DNA of 64,000 bases from Takakia lepidozioides (lineage: Eukaryota; Plantae; Bryophyta): contig CM060733.1 of assembly GCA_030704615.1 (NCBI GenBank), positions 25,916,001-25,980,000 on the forward strand, given 5' to 3'. The notes below the pieces were generated by a model. That model was not told where the DNA came from. It saw only the letters and a program-made list of their open reading frames with translations, and made no database searches. Numbering within the stretch: position 1 is the stretch's first letter; every line of letters starts with the position of its first letter. Position numbers and translations under genes: made by a program. Positions 12,600-26,138 of the stretch are shown here, in pieces.

Positions 12600-13519
12600 G
12601 TTTACGCGCCAAGACCAAGGAAATGACATGGCTACCTACTTATGGCGCCAATCTCTTGGGCCCAGCCCAACAAATATAAGAGCCGGTTCTATGGGCAGCT
12701 GCAAATGAATCGCCCCAGGATTAGTGAGGCGCTATTGGTCCAAATAGCACGCCAGGTCGCAGCAGGAGCCGTTGTGCTTTGACCCCCGTGCTTTGACTAG
12801 TGTATTCTTGGCCAAAATGGCCTGATTTTTGCTTTGACAGGTGCAGCACGTCACGCAGATGAAAAGCTCTGTCCGCCAGCCTCGTCCGTTTCCAACCCCT
12901 CACCCAAATTTCAGAAAAACAAAAAATTTCGTGTGAAAACTTGACACATGTCCAAAAAAAATGGGCCCGACCCGCAACGGTGGGGTTTTCGCAGATCTGG
13001 TGTGACTGGCCCCAAATTTGGCATGCAGGGGCAGGGGGTAGGTGGGGAGAGATTGTCCGGTCAATTCTCCAAAATTGTAAAAAAATAAAGGATTTCGTGG
13101 AAGGGGTCTGGTTTATCGTGGAAAGTCAAACATGCCTGGGGTGTTTAGGGGTTAACGGCGCCCCTGACTGACACCTGTCTTTTCCTACAGCGAATACATT
13201 GATTTCCATACAAACTTAAGTTAAATTTTAGGGGAGGGAATGATTCTTGATATTTTCATCCAAAACTTATATTAATTGTCCATCTGCTATGTCATGGGCC
13301 CACAGCAATTGGTGCCAAAGACTTCTAGGCGGGTGAATGGAAAGGTGTCCATGGAACCACCCCTCATTTTTAAGGAGCGATTCCCTCCTGGGGCGCTTGC
13401 TTGGGGGGAGTTTGGGGCTGCCCATGGAACCTGGCCCTAATGCTCCTAGGATGGAGACCCAACTCTTTTCCTTGGGCCCAAGAAACCTACCATTAAGATA
13501 TAATTTTTTAAGCCTATCA

Positions 13520-14260
13520 CAGCCGTAGGATTGAAACAAATCATAGATGGTGTTCAACCAAGATTGCTACAATGCCATTGAGGCATTCCAAGGTGAAAGA
13601 GCTATCAATGCTCCTTTACATGTGAGAGACTCGCAAGCACCAGGAGATTCAGTTTATGTGCAACCGAGAGAAGCAGAGGAACAACACGTCCCTATCCCTG
13701 CACAGTCAAATCAATCCTTCATGGCAGACCTCATTGGAAAAGATTTTGTTCCTGAGCCAAGCACTGAGGTAATCCGAGAAGTTCGGCCGAATGTGGTTAT
13801 TCTTGATGACCTCTTGTAGTCTGTTCATGGTCAAGTACCTCCGATCATTAACCTCGACGAGTATGGTCCTGAATTCAACACCCCTGTGAGAGGCAATGTT
13901 CCGGGTGCAAATGGCACTACTCCTGGGAGTACAAGGGTAAGACGCAAGAGATCATTTGTTTTTATGCCGGTGATTGAAGCAACCGATAAACATAGCAAAG
14001 TTATCGTGGATGCCATGGACCGACTCACTTCTACACAAGTAGATATTGACACGAACAGAACCTTTCATAGGAGAAAACAGCAAAGGAACATCTCGAATAT
14101 ATCAAAAGAAGAGACAAGAAGGCCTATAGAATGAGTAAAAATATGGTCAGCGTGCTGTCCAATATCAGCAGAGCCATGTGTCATGCCTTCATCAAAGATC
14201 AAACGAAGATGCCTCCCCCAATCAACCTTTTTGAATCTAGCTCCGAAGACAATTAGGATA
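13520..14260 (+). pseudogene. PIF/Harbinger accessory (Myb/SANT-like ORF1) gene, decayed C-terminal part
   Basis: FNQDCYNAIEAFQGERAINAPLHVRD resembles the post-Myb motif of Harbinger ORF1, followed by a coiled tail. It is convergent with the Harbinger transposase and has internal stops. Confidence 0.5.
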
Positions 14261-15902
14261 TGTCAAATGGAAAGGACTAGCAATTCAAGTGAAGGAAAAT
14301 TTCAACTGAAGACTATTCTATTGCAGGCAAATTCCAGGCCTCAATTGAAGACAAACTGAAGACTCAACCAGAAACAGTTCCAATCATCTGTAGTCTTTAC
14401 CATTCGAATAGAATTGTATAGATAATGTAGTATCCATTTGAACATTGACAAGGTTGTATAGATTGTAATGTTGAGAATAAGGAGTCAAGATACCAGTTGC
14501 TAGATGAGGATCGACCTCTACAAACCCTTTTTAGAGAGATCCCATTTTCAGTCTTTTTCCTGTGCAAAACTTTCAGCCCATAACTGTAGGACTTTGTTCA
14601 TGCCTTCTTCTCTTTGCAGTGGGAACGGCACCTTTGCAATAGGGTTTTCTTTGGCTTCAAGCATGCTGTTGGTCAATCAATTTGGGGCTCTGCTCGAGCT
14701 ATGGGGGAAAATGAATATGACCTGTACTGAGCCTTGGTTTGGTGAGGGGTAGTACCTTGTTGTATGCCTCAGATCTGCTACATTGATCTCAAGTCTGAAG
14801 CTAAACTTTGAAGCTCAATTGTGAAGCTCAATTTTGAAAACCCAAATTTGAATCTCATTTCTGCATCTCATTTCTGGACCTGGTGCAACTTCTTCTCTCA
14901 GATGTCCCTACTCCTGATAAAACTGATCCAGCTTGGCACTGCTTAGGAATGTCTTTACATCTTGTGAAAATTGGAGTCCATGTTTGCCTGTAATTTACTG
15001 CCTAGTATTGCTGTTACTCCAGCTTGATTTGAGGACACTTTCTATTGGCAATTAATCAAAGTTCAGTCACATTCCTATATGGCCATGAATTGTACTTGCC
15101 AAAGTGTCTCTTGTGCTAGGCCCTAACACAAGTAATAGGGGTGGTTCTGGTCATGTCTATGTCATGTAGCTGTAGCATGTACAATCGGACCTGAATAATT
15201 AAGCCCTCTCTTCAGGTCAATGAGCATCATCCATTTTCTGAAATGTATGTCATTAATTTGATGTGTGTGATAGGTCATATAACAGTCCGTGGAAATGCCA
15301 ACAAAATCCAGCTGGTGAACCCCCAGTGCAATCCTTGTACCAAGTCGAGGTAAACCAGGTGATACTTGTTGTGTTTGAGCAGGTGGGGTTCTCCCAATCC
15401 CATTTGTCTCACCTCATCTCCAAGTGGAAGGCAACGTTGGTTGACACTTCTGAAGAAGTTCAAGTCAATAATAATGGAAGGAAGGATTCAGGGGCCATGA
15501 ATCGCCTTCAATGGAAAATTCATGACATGCTACAAAGATCCTTTGCTTGCCAAGCTTGATCAAGCACAAAAGTGCAACTGTTTTTCAAGAACCACTATGG
15601 CCCTCTACCATACTCTAATGCAAGCATTGAGATTTACCATATTCTATAAAGGGTAGTGAAAGGCTGTGATTATCAAACATTGTCTGGATTATTCTTGAAA
15701 CGGTTATTGTTTCAATATCGGTGTTCACCAATGTTTACTTCATGTCTGTAATAAAGCAATGAAGAGTTTGCTACGCCACTTTCTATAGCGAAAAGTAGGG
15801 ATTGTAATGCTCGAGCAACAAAGCCATTGCTATTTGGACTGTTAATGGAAGTACCGCCCTCTGCCTCCGATTTGGCAGCTGCGAGTTCTCTAGATATGTC
15901 TA

Positions 15903-16706
15903 TCATTGAGGTACAATTCTGCGTGGTCTTCTGTTCCTTAGATATGTCTCTAGGATAATTCGTTGGGCAGCTTGCACATGTTGTACATCATTGTCGTTCA
16001 CATTTACTTCAGCTACCACATGATTCTGACGTCTTATATCTGCCTCTTGATCCTGGTGATCCTCTCGTTCCAATTGGACCATTAAGGCATCGACATCTAC
16101 ATCTCTCCCATCTAAAATGAGATTGTAGAGCATACAACAGCACATAACGACATTTGGAAGGAACAATATGTTGAGGTTACTCTTCAACAACAGTTCCTTA
16201 AATGTCTTCTTCAAAATCCCGAATGCCTACTCCACCAAGACCCTCCCCCTGCAGAGATGTCGATTGTATAAGGCTTCCAAAACTGTATGGCTAATATTTA
16301 CACCTCGTTTGTGGGGGATTAACAACCAAGCCAATAACGGATAGCCCTTATCCCCAATGAGATAAGGGCGAATGCCATCTTGGGATCCAGAACGCTCAGG
16401 GGTGAAGAGACCATCATAGGTCGCCTTTTGATAGAGAGTGGATAGCCGCAATATTCTAGAATCGTTCATAGAACCCGACATGCCTACAAATACATCACGA
16501 AAGCGCCTCTCATGGTCAACAACTACTTGGAGTTGTAAGCTATGTCCTTTGGATTTATAGGAAAAATAATCAGCAGCAAATGGTAGTCGATCATACCATG
16601 AACAGAAGGAAGGCCACAATAGTCCTTGAACCCTGTCATTACTCGTTCCAAATCATCCCCCTGAGGCCATCGAATTTGGCTCTTGAAGACTATGTTCACT
16701 ATAGCA
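15903..16706 (-). pseudogene. PIF/Harbinger (DDE_Tnp_4/HARBI1-like) transposase, disrupted and 5'-truncated
   Basis: IRWPQG...GLPSVHG.ID, YKSKGHSLQLQVVVDHERRFRDVFVG..GSMNDSRIL, YLIGDKGYPL, VE*AFGILK, CCMLYNLI, with a stop and a frameshift. Confidence 0.9.
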
Positions 16707-16709
16707 AAT

Positions 16710-17700
16710 GGGACGGGTTTGCGACGCCAGCCGCGCCCCCACACCCCGCGTGGCGCTGAGCCCGCGACGCCGAGCCCGCGGTGCTTTTTTTGCGACGCCG
16801 CGTCGCAAGGTGGCATGAAGGGGGAAAGAGGGCCCTCGTTGCGACGGATTTTTTTATCTTGCGACGCCCCGGCGTCGCAAAAGCATTACTGAGGGTGCCC
16901 CAGCGCCTCCGCGTCGCCAGGGCGTCGCAACAGCATCACCACAGTGGGAGTTTGTTTTTTTTTTTTTTTTTTTTTTGGGCTTTGCGGCTTTCAACTTCAC
17001 AAAAGCGTCGCTGGGGGCGCCCCGCGCTGGGACGCTAGGGGGTCGCCACAGGGGGTCGCAATGGTATTGTAGTCAGCTTAGGTCATCACAAGAACGTCGC
17101 TTGGGGCACCTAGCGGTGGGGGGTGGGGGGTGCAACAACGGCGACGACGCTGGGCTGGGGCTGGGGCTTGGCACTAAGGCTGTAGAGGTTGCAACTCTCG
17201 ACGTCACAAGAGGGACCCCCTTAGAAGGAACTTGAAGGAAATCTTTATATGTATATATATATATTTAGATTGCTTTTGTGATACATAAATGTAGCGTAGG
17301 TGTGTTGGTTAGTCTGTAGTGTCTTTAAAATGTTATAAGGTGGAGGTCTTAGGTTCAAGTATGCATTGCATGATATATGTAGAACAATGAATATATCGTC
17401 ATTAGACAGAACCGGAGTCAATGGTCAACAAGTTTTTGAAATCCAAATTTCCCGCCTAAATTCAAATGTACCCCCTTAAATTGCGACATCCGGGCGTCGC
17501 ACTTTGCGACCCCCAGACGGTGCTAAATCTGCATTGCAGAGTATATTATATATATTTTGCGACGCCCGGGTGTCGCAAATCGCGGTTTCGCTTTTTTGCG
17601 ACTCCCATTGGTCGCAAATTTGTGACGTTTTTTTGGCGACGCCCGGACGTCGCAAATTTGGTTCTTCGGCCTTTTCAACATTCACTCGCACACCCATAAA
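16710..17700. mobile_element. Second element of the TGCGACGCC/GGCGTCGCA palindrome family, abutting the truncated Harbinger transposase
   Basis: Palindrome copies near 16791, 16860, 17482, 17558 and 17636 around an AT-rich core, as in 4054-5830. Confidence 0.55.
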
Positions 17701-19575
17701 CCCATATTGCGTCTCACTCTTCCAATGGAGATCCTTCCTGTTGAAGGGTCCTGGTTTTGCTGTTTGCAAACATTGTCGAAGAGGCCGTATAAGCGGGCTT
17801 TCCGTGATCAGTATATCATCGGGTTTTGCTTCCACGTCCATGCCATATACAATACAAAGGATACGCTTCTGAACATGCAAGAAACGCGCCGCAGTACAAG
17901 ACACGATCGACAACGTGCCAGGAGAACAGTGCGCATGTTCGCGGCTGCTGGCAAGTGGCAGGCGGCAGGGATGCAGGTTTGAATTGCAGCCCTAAAAATG
18001 GAGGGCTCGGATGGGTTATGGGAATGGACGGTGGCGATCCTGCGCCGTCAGCGGACTGGCGGGCAGACTGGCGGACTGGCAGACTGGAGGGCAGCGGACC
18101 CATGGGCGGGGGACTGGCCGCGCGGCGGACGGGGGCGCGGGCGCGGTTGCTGCAGCCGCGCCCGCGGCTGGGCGACCGCACGCAGCGGCGGGCGGGCGGG
18201 GTGCTGGGGAGCCGGGCGTCCGTGCGCGGGGCCCACCGGCCACATCGCGCGTGCCCATTGAAGACCCTATTATCTTAAAATGAGAGGCCTTTAGCAATGG
18301 CTATGTCATTTTTGATGATTTGCTTGTCCAAGCCATACCATACCTCCAATCTGAGTCTATATGAGAATTCTCATTGAAGTTCTACTTGTGGTTTTCCTCC
18401 CATTGCACCCTGGCATTTCCCTTTGTAAATATGATGGAAAACTTACTAAGAGCAAGAGTGCCCCTAAAGAAGAAGAGAGGCCCCAAAAGTTTATCACACT
18501 TCCAGAGAAGAATGTTAGGACGTAGAAGCACCTTCTGCAAACTACATGGGAATGTAGTTAGGCTCCATGGGCTTTCACATTTTAATTCCAGAGGAGAATG
18601 TCAGACAAGTGTAGACAGTAAACAAAGAACTCGAACTTAAATTAGACTGGAAAGTTTGTCTACCGGTTTCTAATCGGAGGTCAACAGTGATTAAACAACA
18701 ACTGGCACAGCCAACACATCTGCTTCAAAGTAAGACAATGTATGTGTATCAATATTGTAAGAGAGGATATGGCACAAACTCGTCCAAAAAGTCTCAAAAA
18801 TTTGGAGGTGATGGACATGCCGGGCAACATGTGAAGTGAAAAATTGGAATCAATTGGCATGCATAAGATAGTAATTTTTTTTCTTCTTGTTTTGCAAAAT
18901 CTTTTGATGAGTAAGAAAAGCCTGCAGGCAACTTTTGATGATGCATCAAGGCACTGTTTTGTAGTATGCTACTGATAACCCTAAGGCCATCCACAGCTTC
19001 TCACTGTCTACTTAATCTTGACAGGATCACATCTTGCAGAGTTTATACGATTACCGCTTCTTTGAGCCTGTCTTCGACTGTTCACACAACAACAGCCACA
19101 TTAGACATTTCCTGTGTGTATTTGTGGTTGCAATCACCAGCAGTAAAACAAACTAGGGCTTCGCGATGCTCCACACCCTAACTGAGTGCAGATGGTTTTA
19201 TGGAGTAGTTTTTGTTCCCAAGTTGTTTAGTAGCCTCCGATATACAGCCACCTAATTCCTGAGAACATATTCAGCACAAGCAGCTTTCTGAACCAGACTC
19301 ATTGCAGCACCTTGAGCACCAGCCATCTTTGCAATTTTGGGGACTCAAGATTGCAGCCTCAGGCCAGAGGGTCCACCTGATCAGACCCCAGCTGAAATGC
19401 TCTTTGTCACATGGTAGATAGCGGCTGACTAGTTGGCAAATCATTCCTCAATGAGATTGTGGACTGCAAACATGCTTGGGAGTTGTCAGTGACAAATTCT
19501 CAAGCTGCAGGGGTTCCAAGTGAACCAGACATGCTTTAATCAAGTACAACAAAGGTCGAACACCATAGCACTGAC

Positions 19576-19790
19576 CTCTTTCTTCAGGCTTCCACATCGA
19601 CAGGACTTGGTAAGGACAACACGGCAAGTATCATTACATGGCCCGAAATGGCAACGCTCTTGGCAGCAGTGGATGTTACAGGGGAGCACATTTTCCACTT
19701 TTTCGCACGTGGGCCCACACGTAGGCACAACCACATCACATGCAATTCCCTTATGTTCCACTTTGCCACATGGGGGGACATTCTTTCAAA
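19576..19790 (-). pseudogene. Orphan exon of an NF-X1-type zinc-finger gene (NFXL2-like)
   Basis: PCGK..HKGIACDVVVPTCGPTCEKV...LPCNIHCCQERCHFGPCNDTCRVVLTKSCRCGSLKKE ends at a GAG|GTCAGT donor. No other NFXL exons were recognised nearby. Confidence 0.75.
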
Positions 19791-22700
19791 TTCAGATTGA
19801 ATTGATCTGGTCACTATTTACCAAGAACTTCACCTCCCAGATCATTGACATGAAACAAACCCTAACCTACTTTTCTCAGTGGAAAAGAGACATTAACAAT
19901 TTACTTGGTTTTGGTCCAGGAGTTTGTGGAGGAGGATCACCAATTGGGGGTCAACCCCATGGAAGGAGGCTTGACTGTAACAGGCCATCTCTCTGCAACA
20001 GTTTCCAAAGGTGCTTCCTAATATTGGTATCTGGCCGAACCACCACTTGCACATCTTTCGCAGCAATTGTCTTCCTCTGCAGGCCAACACAGTACATGAG
20101 TGGCACTCATTCCACAAAGGTAAACAGTAGACCACCAAGCTTGAGGTGGTTACATTGAAAACCATCTTGCACATAAGAATGTGTGTATGAGTCTTAATGA
20201 CACACATTCTATATATGTTGATTTGGAAGCCTTTAAATTACATAGCACCAAAGGAGTTGCATCACCATAGGACAGGACAGACCAAATACAAAGCAACATT
20301 ATTTGCAAGGGCAAAAAACTGAGACAAGGGTTAGAAAGGTGAGGATTGGTTCGGGAGTTTGTATGTTACTGCATAAGGACACAAACCTTTGCCTCCACTC
20401 CCTCCTTCCTATCTTATAATGTCCAATCATGCTAATCATTTCACATGCTGAAGCTACATTCTCCAGTGTAACCAGCATACACTTCCAATATGACTGGAAT
20501 CTGTCAGAAAGTGGAAAGCCTTGCTGTTCAATACCTTACACTGAGGGAGAGATCTGCGATGACAACAAGTGGGTATTTCACCAGTCAATTCTGCACCACA
20601 CTTCTGAATCCACAGCTTGAACCCTGAATTTTTTAGGTCCAACATGGACCTGCCAAAAACACCACTGTCGTTGTCTCATACTCCTCCAACAAGAAGCATG
20701 CAATCCTACCCAACAATAGCCCCACTCCCCAAGCATCATTATGTTCAGTTTCCCATGGTTGATATTGGATTCTCAACTTAAAAGATAAGTAAAGATGTGT
20801 TAACAACCTGTGAATAGTAACAGCTCCCATGCACGGTTCTGTGCATCCAGGTTGTGTAAGCAGCAATAAGCTGCAAACCAATCAACTAACAACCAAGGGA
20901 AACACTGAGCACAAGCGCTGTTCCTAGTAATAAATGGGTTACTCGACATATGCAAAAGTATTGGGTAACCATCTCAAAAGCCCAGCATCCAAGAAACATC
21001 CAGGGTTTCCACATAGCGAGAGAGAGAGAGAGAGAGACAGAGCTCACTTCAACGACTCAAAAACAGCTAACAACCTAACATACAAGGTCCCGGCAAGTGT
21101 GAATCACATCATTTATATATATCTCTCTCTCATTAGATATACTAGAGTATAATATAAGATATCAGAGTGAATATATATGAGCAGATTACACAGTATTGAG
21201 TAAGACCAAACAAGGCCACATTCATCTCCAGCCTAGGAGCCATGGAAAAGGGAAAGAGGTCCATGCTGACCTCAGTAATGTAGGAGTGCAGCAGATGTCA
21301 TCCTGGAGACCATTGAGCTATGCATTGGGTTCTCATTTGGAACCTCAAACGGAAGCTGCATTGACAGGTGCATAAAGTTGAGAGTTGTGAGGGCCCATTG
21401 TTGCTGAAGAGTGCAGAAAAATTCACTTGTGATGGCAGGTGTCTTGTGTGTCAATCTGGTCGAATTGTTGGTAGCAAGGGTCCTTATGTTGGCACGCATT
21501 GTGAGGATGCCTGCTAGAGTAGTGAGCCTTCATCCCATGGAGAAGATCACATCGGACTGTACTTGCAGGCAACTCCTGGGTAGGGGTACAGCCGTGTCAG
21601 CAGTATGGCTAAGCAACTCCTCTGTAAATAGAAATTGAGAACTTCTCGTGAATCAGTGAAGTGTTTCACAGTAGGTAGAGGAAGAAGGGAGTCAATCTAC
21701 ATGTCATGGACATGCTTCAAAAACCCAATTCAGGTGAGTTTGGGGGTTTTGTCACCTTTTTAGTATACAGTCTGGCGTGGAGTCTGGAGAGCAGGAACCT
21801 AGATCCCCCAGGAGATAAACTGAGCATCAAGTTCCTGACAAACTAGCCAGAAGAAATGTGGTCTCACTTACACATGGCGGGAGATGATCAGCAAAGGTGT
21901 GGGTGGCAGTCATGACGCTTTAAAAACCATCGGCAGGGAGGGGTGTCCATCGATGTTACGCCCACTGTCATTTCACAACACCTATGCTAGCTTTAGCAGC
22001 TCGTGAAATAGGCGCTGCAGGAACATGCTAGCATGTTCAACACGCGGCAGACCTGCAACTTCATGAATAGATCGAACATTCTTAGAAGTTTGTCTACATT
22101 TCTGGCATCTGCAAAGCCATCCAACCGTTGAAGGGCCGATTTGGCCATATAATTTTATGTTGGCAAAATTATCTCATTAATCGCTCATCACAAGGTTGAG
22201 AGCATCGATCTGAGACTGATCTCTTTTTCTGTAAAATTTAGACCCGTAGGCGAGATAAGTTTACACCCAGCCCATTGAAGCACAGGCACGGCACTAGGAT
22301 GATGGAAAGCAAAATCAAAACATTACGGGAGATGATGCTGAGGAGATAACAGAAATGCTTAGGACAAGTGTTCTACATTTCCAGACACGAGTCTCCGGAA
22401 GACGACGTTACGAGAATTGTGGATTCCAGCTTCGTCTCGTTTTCTTCTCTGGATGGCAGCGTGCACGGCCATGAGGATGGCAGTACTCAATGCGTTGTCT
22501 TCTTTGTGCGGTGAAGGGGCAGGAAGCCTCACATCATGGAGCAGATTATCTGGCCAGGCTCTGGAGCAGAAATGGGCATCCAGCTGGGCAATCCCGGGTC
22601 GGCCACTCTTGCCTCCCGAGCCTGGCGGGATGGGGAAGAAAGGTGTGGAAATGTACCTGTTTTTTTTTGGGTTATCTGTGTGAGTGGGAGCGATCCAGAC

Positions 22701-22901
22701 TCCGTATTTTCCTTGACCCATCCCAGCAGAAAATACACCCGTTGAGGTTTATAGTCATGCTGGGCTGGAGAGGAACGTTCCTTTTTCAACTCCTTATCTC
22801 CTGAAATGTAGGAAATTCCCGATGTCTCCATCATTGCTTGAGAGAGAGATTGTACTCATAAGACGTTGTTTGCCTTGTGTCATCATTGCTTGAGAGAGAG
22901 C

Positions 22902-22932
<31 letters not shown>

Positions 22933-25900
22933 TATATGGCATAGTTATGTCAGGACTTGTCCAGTCCTACATTTGGATCTAGTCCTGTTTTGTTTAACGA
23001 CATCATACATCAGACATGATCCAGCTCCTTCAATATAGACACTGGCATTTACATAGAAACCTCACAAAGTCCTGCAAAACTCAGAGTGTGAACATGTATG
23101 CCTACAAGTCTTGCTTACATAAGGTGCCATCATATGCAAGCTAGTGTTTGACCATACCTTCCTAGTTTCCATAAGTAGATTAGAAACTAGAAACCTCCAT
23201 AGATTCATACTAGAATACTTTTAGTAGAAGAGGTTGGAGTCAAAATTGCAGCTATGAGAAAAGCCATAGCTCAGCAATTAGGGGATTGGTTCTTTGAACC
23301 AGTTCTACGAATTCAAAATACAATATCTGTCCTACTTGGGCCCCTTGGAGGTAAAAGTGTCAAAGTAAATGCATGTAGCCCTCTACCTATTTCAAGGTAG
23401 GCACGAAGAGTTACAGTAGGTGTATTCTTGTCGAAGGGGTCAACAAATGGCAAGGCTGCTACTGGAGATCAGATCCTAATATCTTCCTACAGTCCATAAA
23501 AAAGAACCCAAACAAGCGGTTACTCTCAACACGAGGCATGAGGTAGCATGAAGGCTTCCCTTATGCCCTTCCTTTCCTTTTCACAATCCAAGTATGTCTA
23601 CTTTCTGAAGAAAGTGAAGCTGCCTCACCTGGTCCCATTATGCACACATGCCAAAGATTAGGCTTTGCATAGAATACCAGGCTTGACCGCTGTTATCCAT
23701 GTCCACTTAGTTAGGAGACTTTCATGGATTGCAAATCATAAGGAAAAGACAGCATACTAGTGGGTGGGAGGGTGGTAGTTATAGCACCAGTAAGCACCCA
23801 TTCCCAAAAGGAAGGTGTTACCAGAGCCAAGTACTCAAACAAGGGCACATATAGCCTGGGTATGTACCTTGCTTCCAGCCATAGTTCAGCAGTAAGGTGA
23901 CTGCTCCTTCAGCTCTTGCCTGGTCGTCTTCCAAATGAGATCAGCCAGGGCTTCTACCCACATAGGGCAGCCTCTCTTCTACCTTGGTGAGGGGCTCACT
24001 CCTTTAGTGGGACTTACCTTGATATAATGCAGGCTTTCCAGATTTTCACTGGAAAGCCCCTCACACAAGCATCAATCTGTCTGTGTGAGCCGACTTAGAC
24101 CCCAATAGGGCCTGTGCTGTAGGCTCGGCCTCGAGATTTTGGAAGTTGGTGAAGAGAGATGCAGGGCTTGATGGTCCTGAAGAGGGTCGTTCTCTGAGGA
24201 GAAAACCATTGTATCAGAAAATGGATATTGTCGTCAGGCTGCCCGCACATTGGGCATTGACGATCTCCCTTTCCTCTCTGCATCTGTTTATTGTTCAGAA
24301 GTAGACTCCCCACCCTAAGAGAGATGGGGCTTGTCTTTTCTTCCTCTATCTAGTCCTGACTACATCAACAATTTATAACAACAGCCTTCAAGGAAAGGGT
24401 GTGCCTGTATGTGATCAAACATGACATATATACAGGTTTCCCTTCCATCTTAGACTTGCCACAGAGTTAGGCAGAATGCTTCATGTAATTTGTTTCCAAA
24501 CATCACCTCTATCAAGTCTTTGCAAACTTACCACATATATGTTTTGCAGGAAACTTGATCAGCTCAGAGCTTGGACAGCTTAGGTTCTGGAATGAGCTCA
24601 TGATAAGATAGTGATAGATAGTGACCATGCACTATATCACCCACCTAACAGAATGGACAACCTCAAGTGTAGGTTAGATGCCTGGAGAGGGGCAAACCTC
24701 TGTCCCAGTTATTCTTGCATGAAGTCCTCTCAGAAGTGACACTATAACACTGGTTGCTTACTTCTAGTAAGCAGCCCTCTCCTATCCAGCTCTATTATTT
24801 TGGATAAGAACTCAAAAAGTTCATAGAAGAAGAGTGGCCCGCACCTTCACCCATCTCAAGAATCATCACAAGCATATGATGTGGGTGAGGATGTGCGAGG
24901 TAATTGGCAGGTCCTCTTGCATGCTATTGCTTTCCAAAATGAACCAATAAGTATGATGTCCAACACAGAGCACAAACACCATATACACGGGAGTCAAAGG
25001 AGTAGATGACTTCGGTTAAAACCACCTGATAGTCTCCATGTAGGGAGTGGCTTTGATATTTTCAGCCCAAAATCAGGAAGACAGCGCCTAGAAGATACCT
25101 TAAAGTCTCTTCTTGTGAGAAGATGTGACATTGGGCATGGGCCCTTGCAATACATACTTTCATTTTTCCCATCTGGATCAGAAGAAAGACTAACAACAAT
25201 TTGTTCTGCTATTTCTCCCCTCTTCATATAGTGAGACAGTGCAAAGGCATCAGCTCATTTGCCAGCATTGAACATGTAGGGTAAACCTAGCCTGTTTGGG
25301 AAGTAGTGGCTGTATGCCCAAGCCGTCTTCACAGACCATGTATGTTGCAATAGCAGATCATGGAAGACACAGCCCTAATTCCACTTTGGCATAGGAAAAG
25401 TAGAACAAAATAATCAAATTCTCCTTAAAGAGAAAGATAAGGAAAAGTTGTGCTGCTTGAGAGAATGTACTCAGAAGAGGTTGTTTGCCGTAGCCTTGTG
25501 CTGCTCGAGAGAGAATGTACTCATAAGACGTTGTTTGCCGTAGCCTTGTGGCCATTGACCCCACGCCCAGCTTGAGCAGAACACAAAGGGACAGAACCTA
25601 TCGTTGAAATCCAGCAACAATTTCCAAGTGGAGCATGTATTAAGATGGCTCGTCGATGTGGAGGTCAATCTCAGTAGATGTGACACACATCGCTATGGTC
25701 TCTCTGGAGTAGGTTAGAGGCACAATTGGCAGTCTTAGAGGCTGTTGTGCAGAGACAAATGTACTCATTAACCTCCACCTGCCAAATTTGCCTATGACCT
25801 ACCCTTGAGAGATAGTCCCCATGGCAAAACTAGGGGCTAATTGTGGGTTCTGTCCACCACGGTAGGGAAGGTCAATCTGGAGACACATATAGATTTGCAC

Positions 25901-26138
25901 AGCTAAAATGAAGCCTTTTACAGAGAATTAAGCTGCTGAAGATCCATGTTTCAGTGATGTTTGTATGCAGGCCAAGCAACTAAGATTGAACTGCTTGGTC
26001 AGGAGTTTTCACAGGTCCTGAACGGTACTGAGACAGAATGTTTCATAAGGTAAGGGTGACTTTTGGTGGAAGAAATTTTGGGACTGACACTGGCATGCTG
26101 ACTCTTTCTGGATAGATTGTATTGCGTCGCTTGGATCA

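Noticed and set aside
14460-15700. Possible further TE insertion between the Harbinger genes
   Set aside because: No termini or protein motif could be identified.
17816-18297. Stack of overlapping GC-rich ORFs
   Set aside because: Low stop-codon frequency in very GC-rich subterminal DNA next to a TIR-like end (18256-18289).
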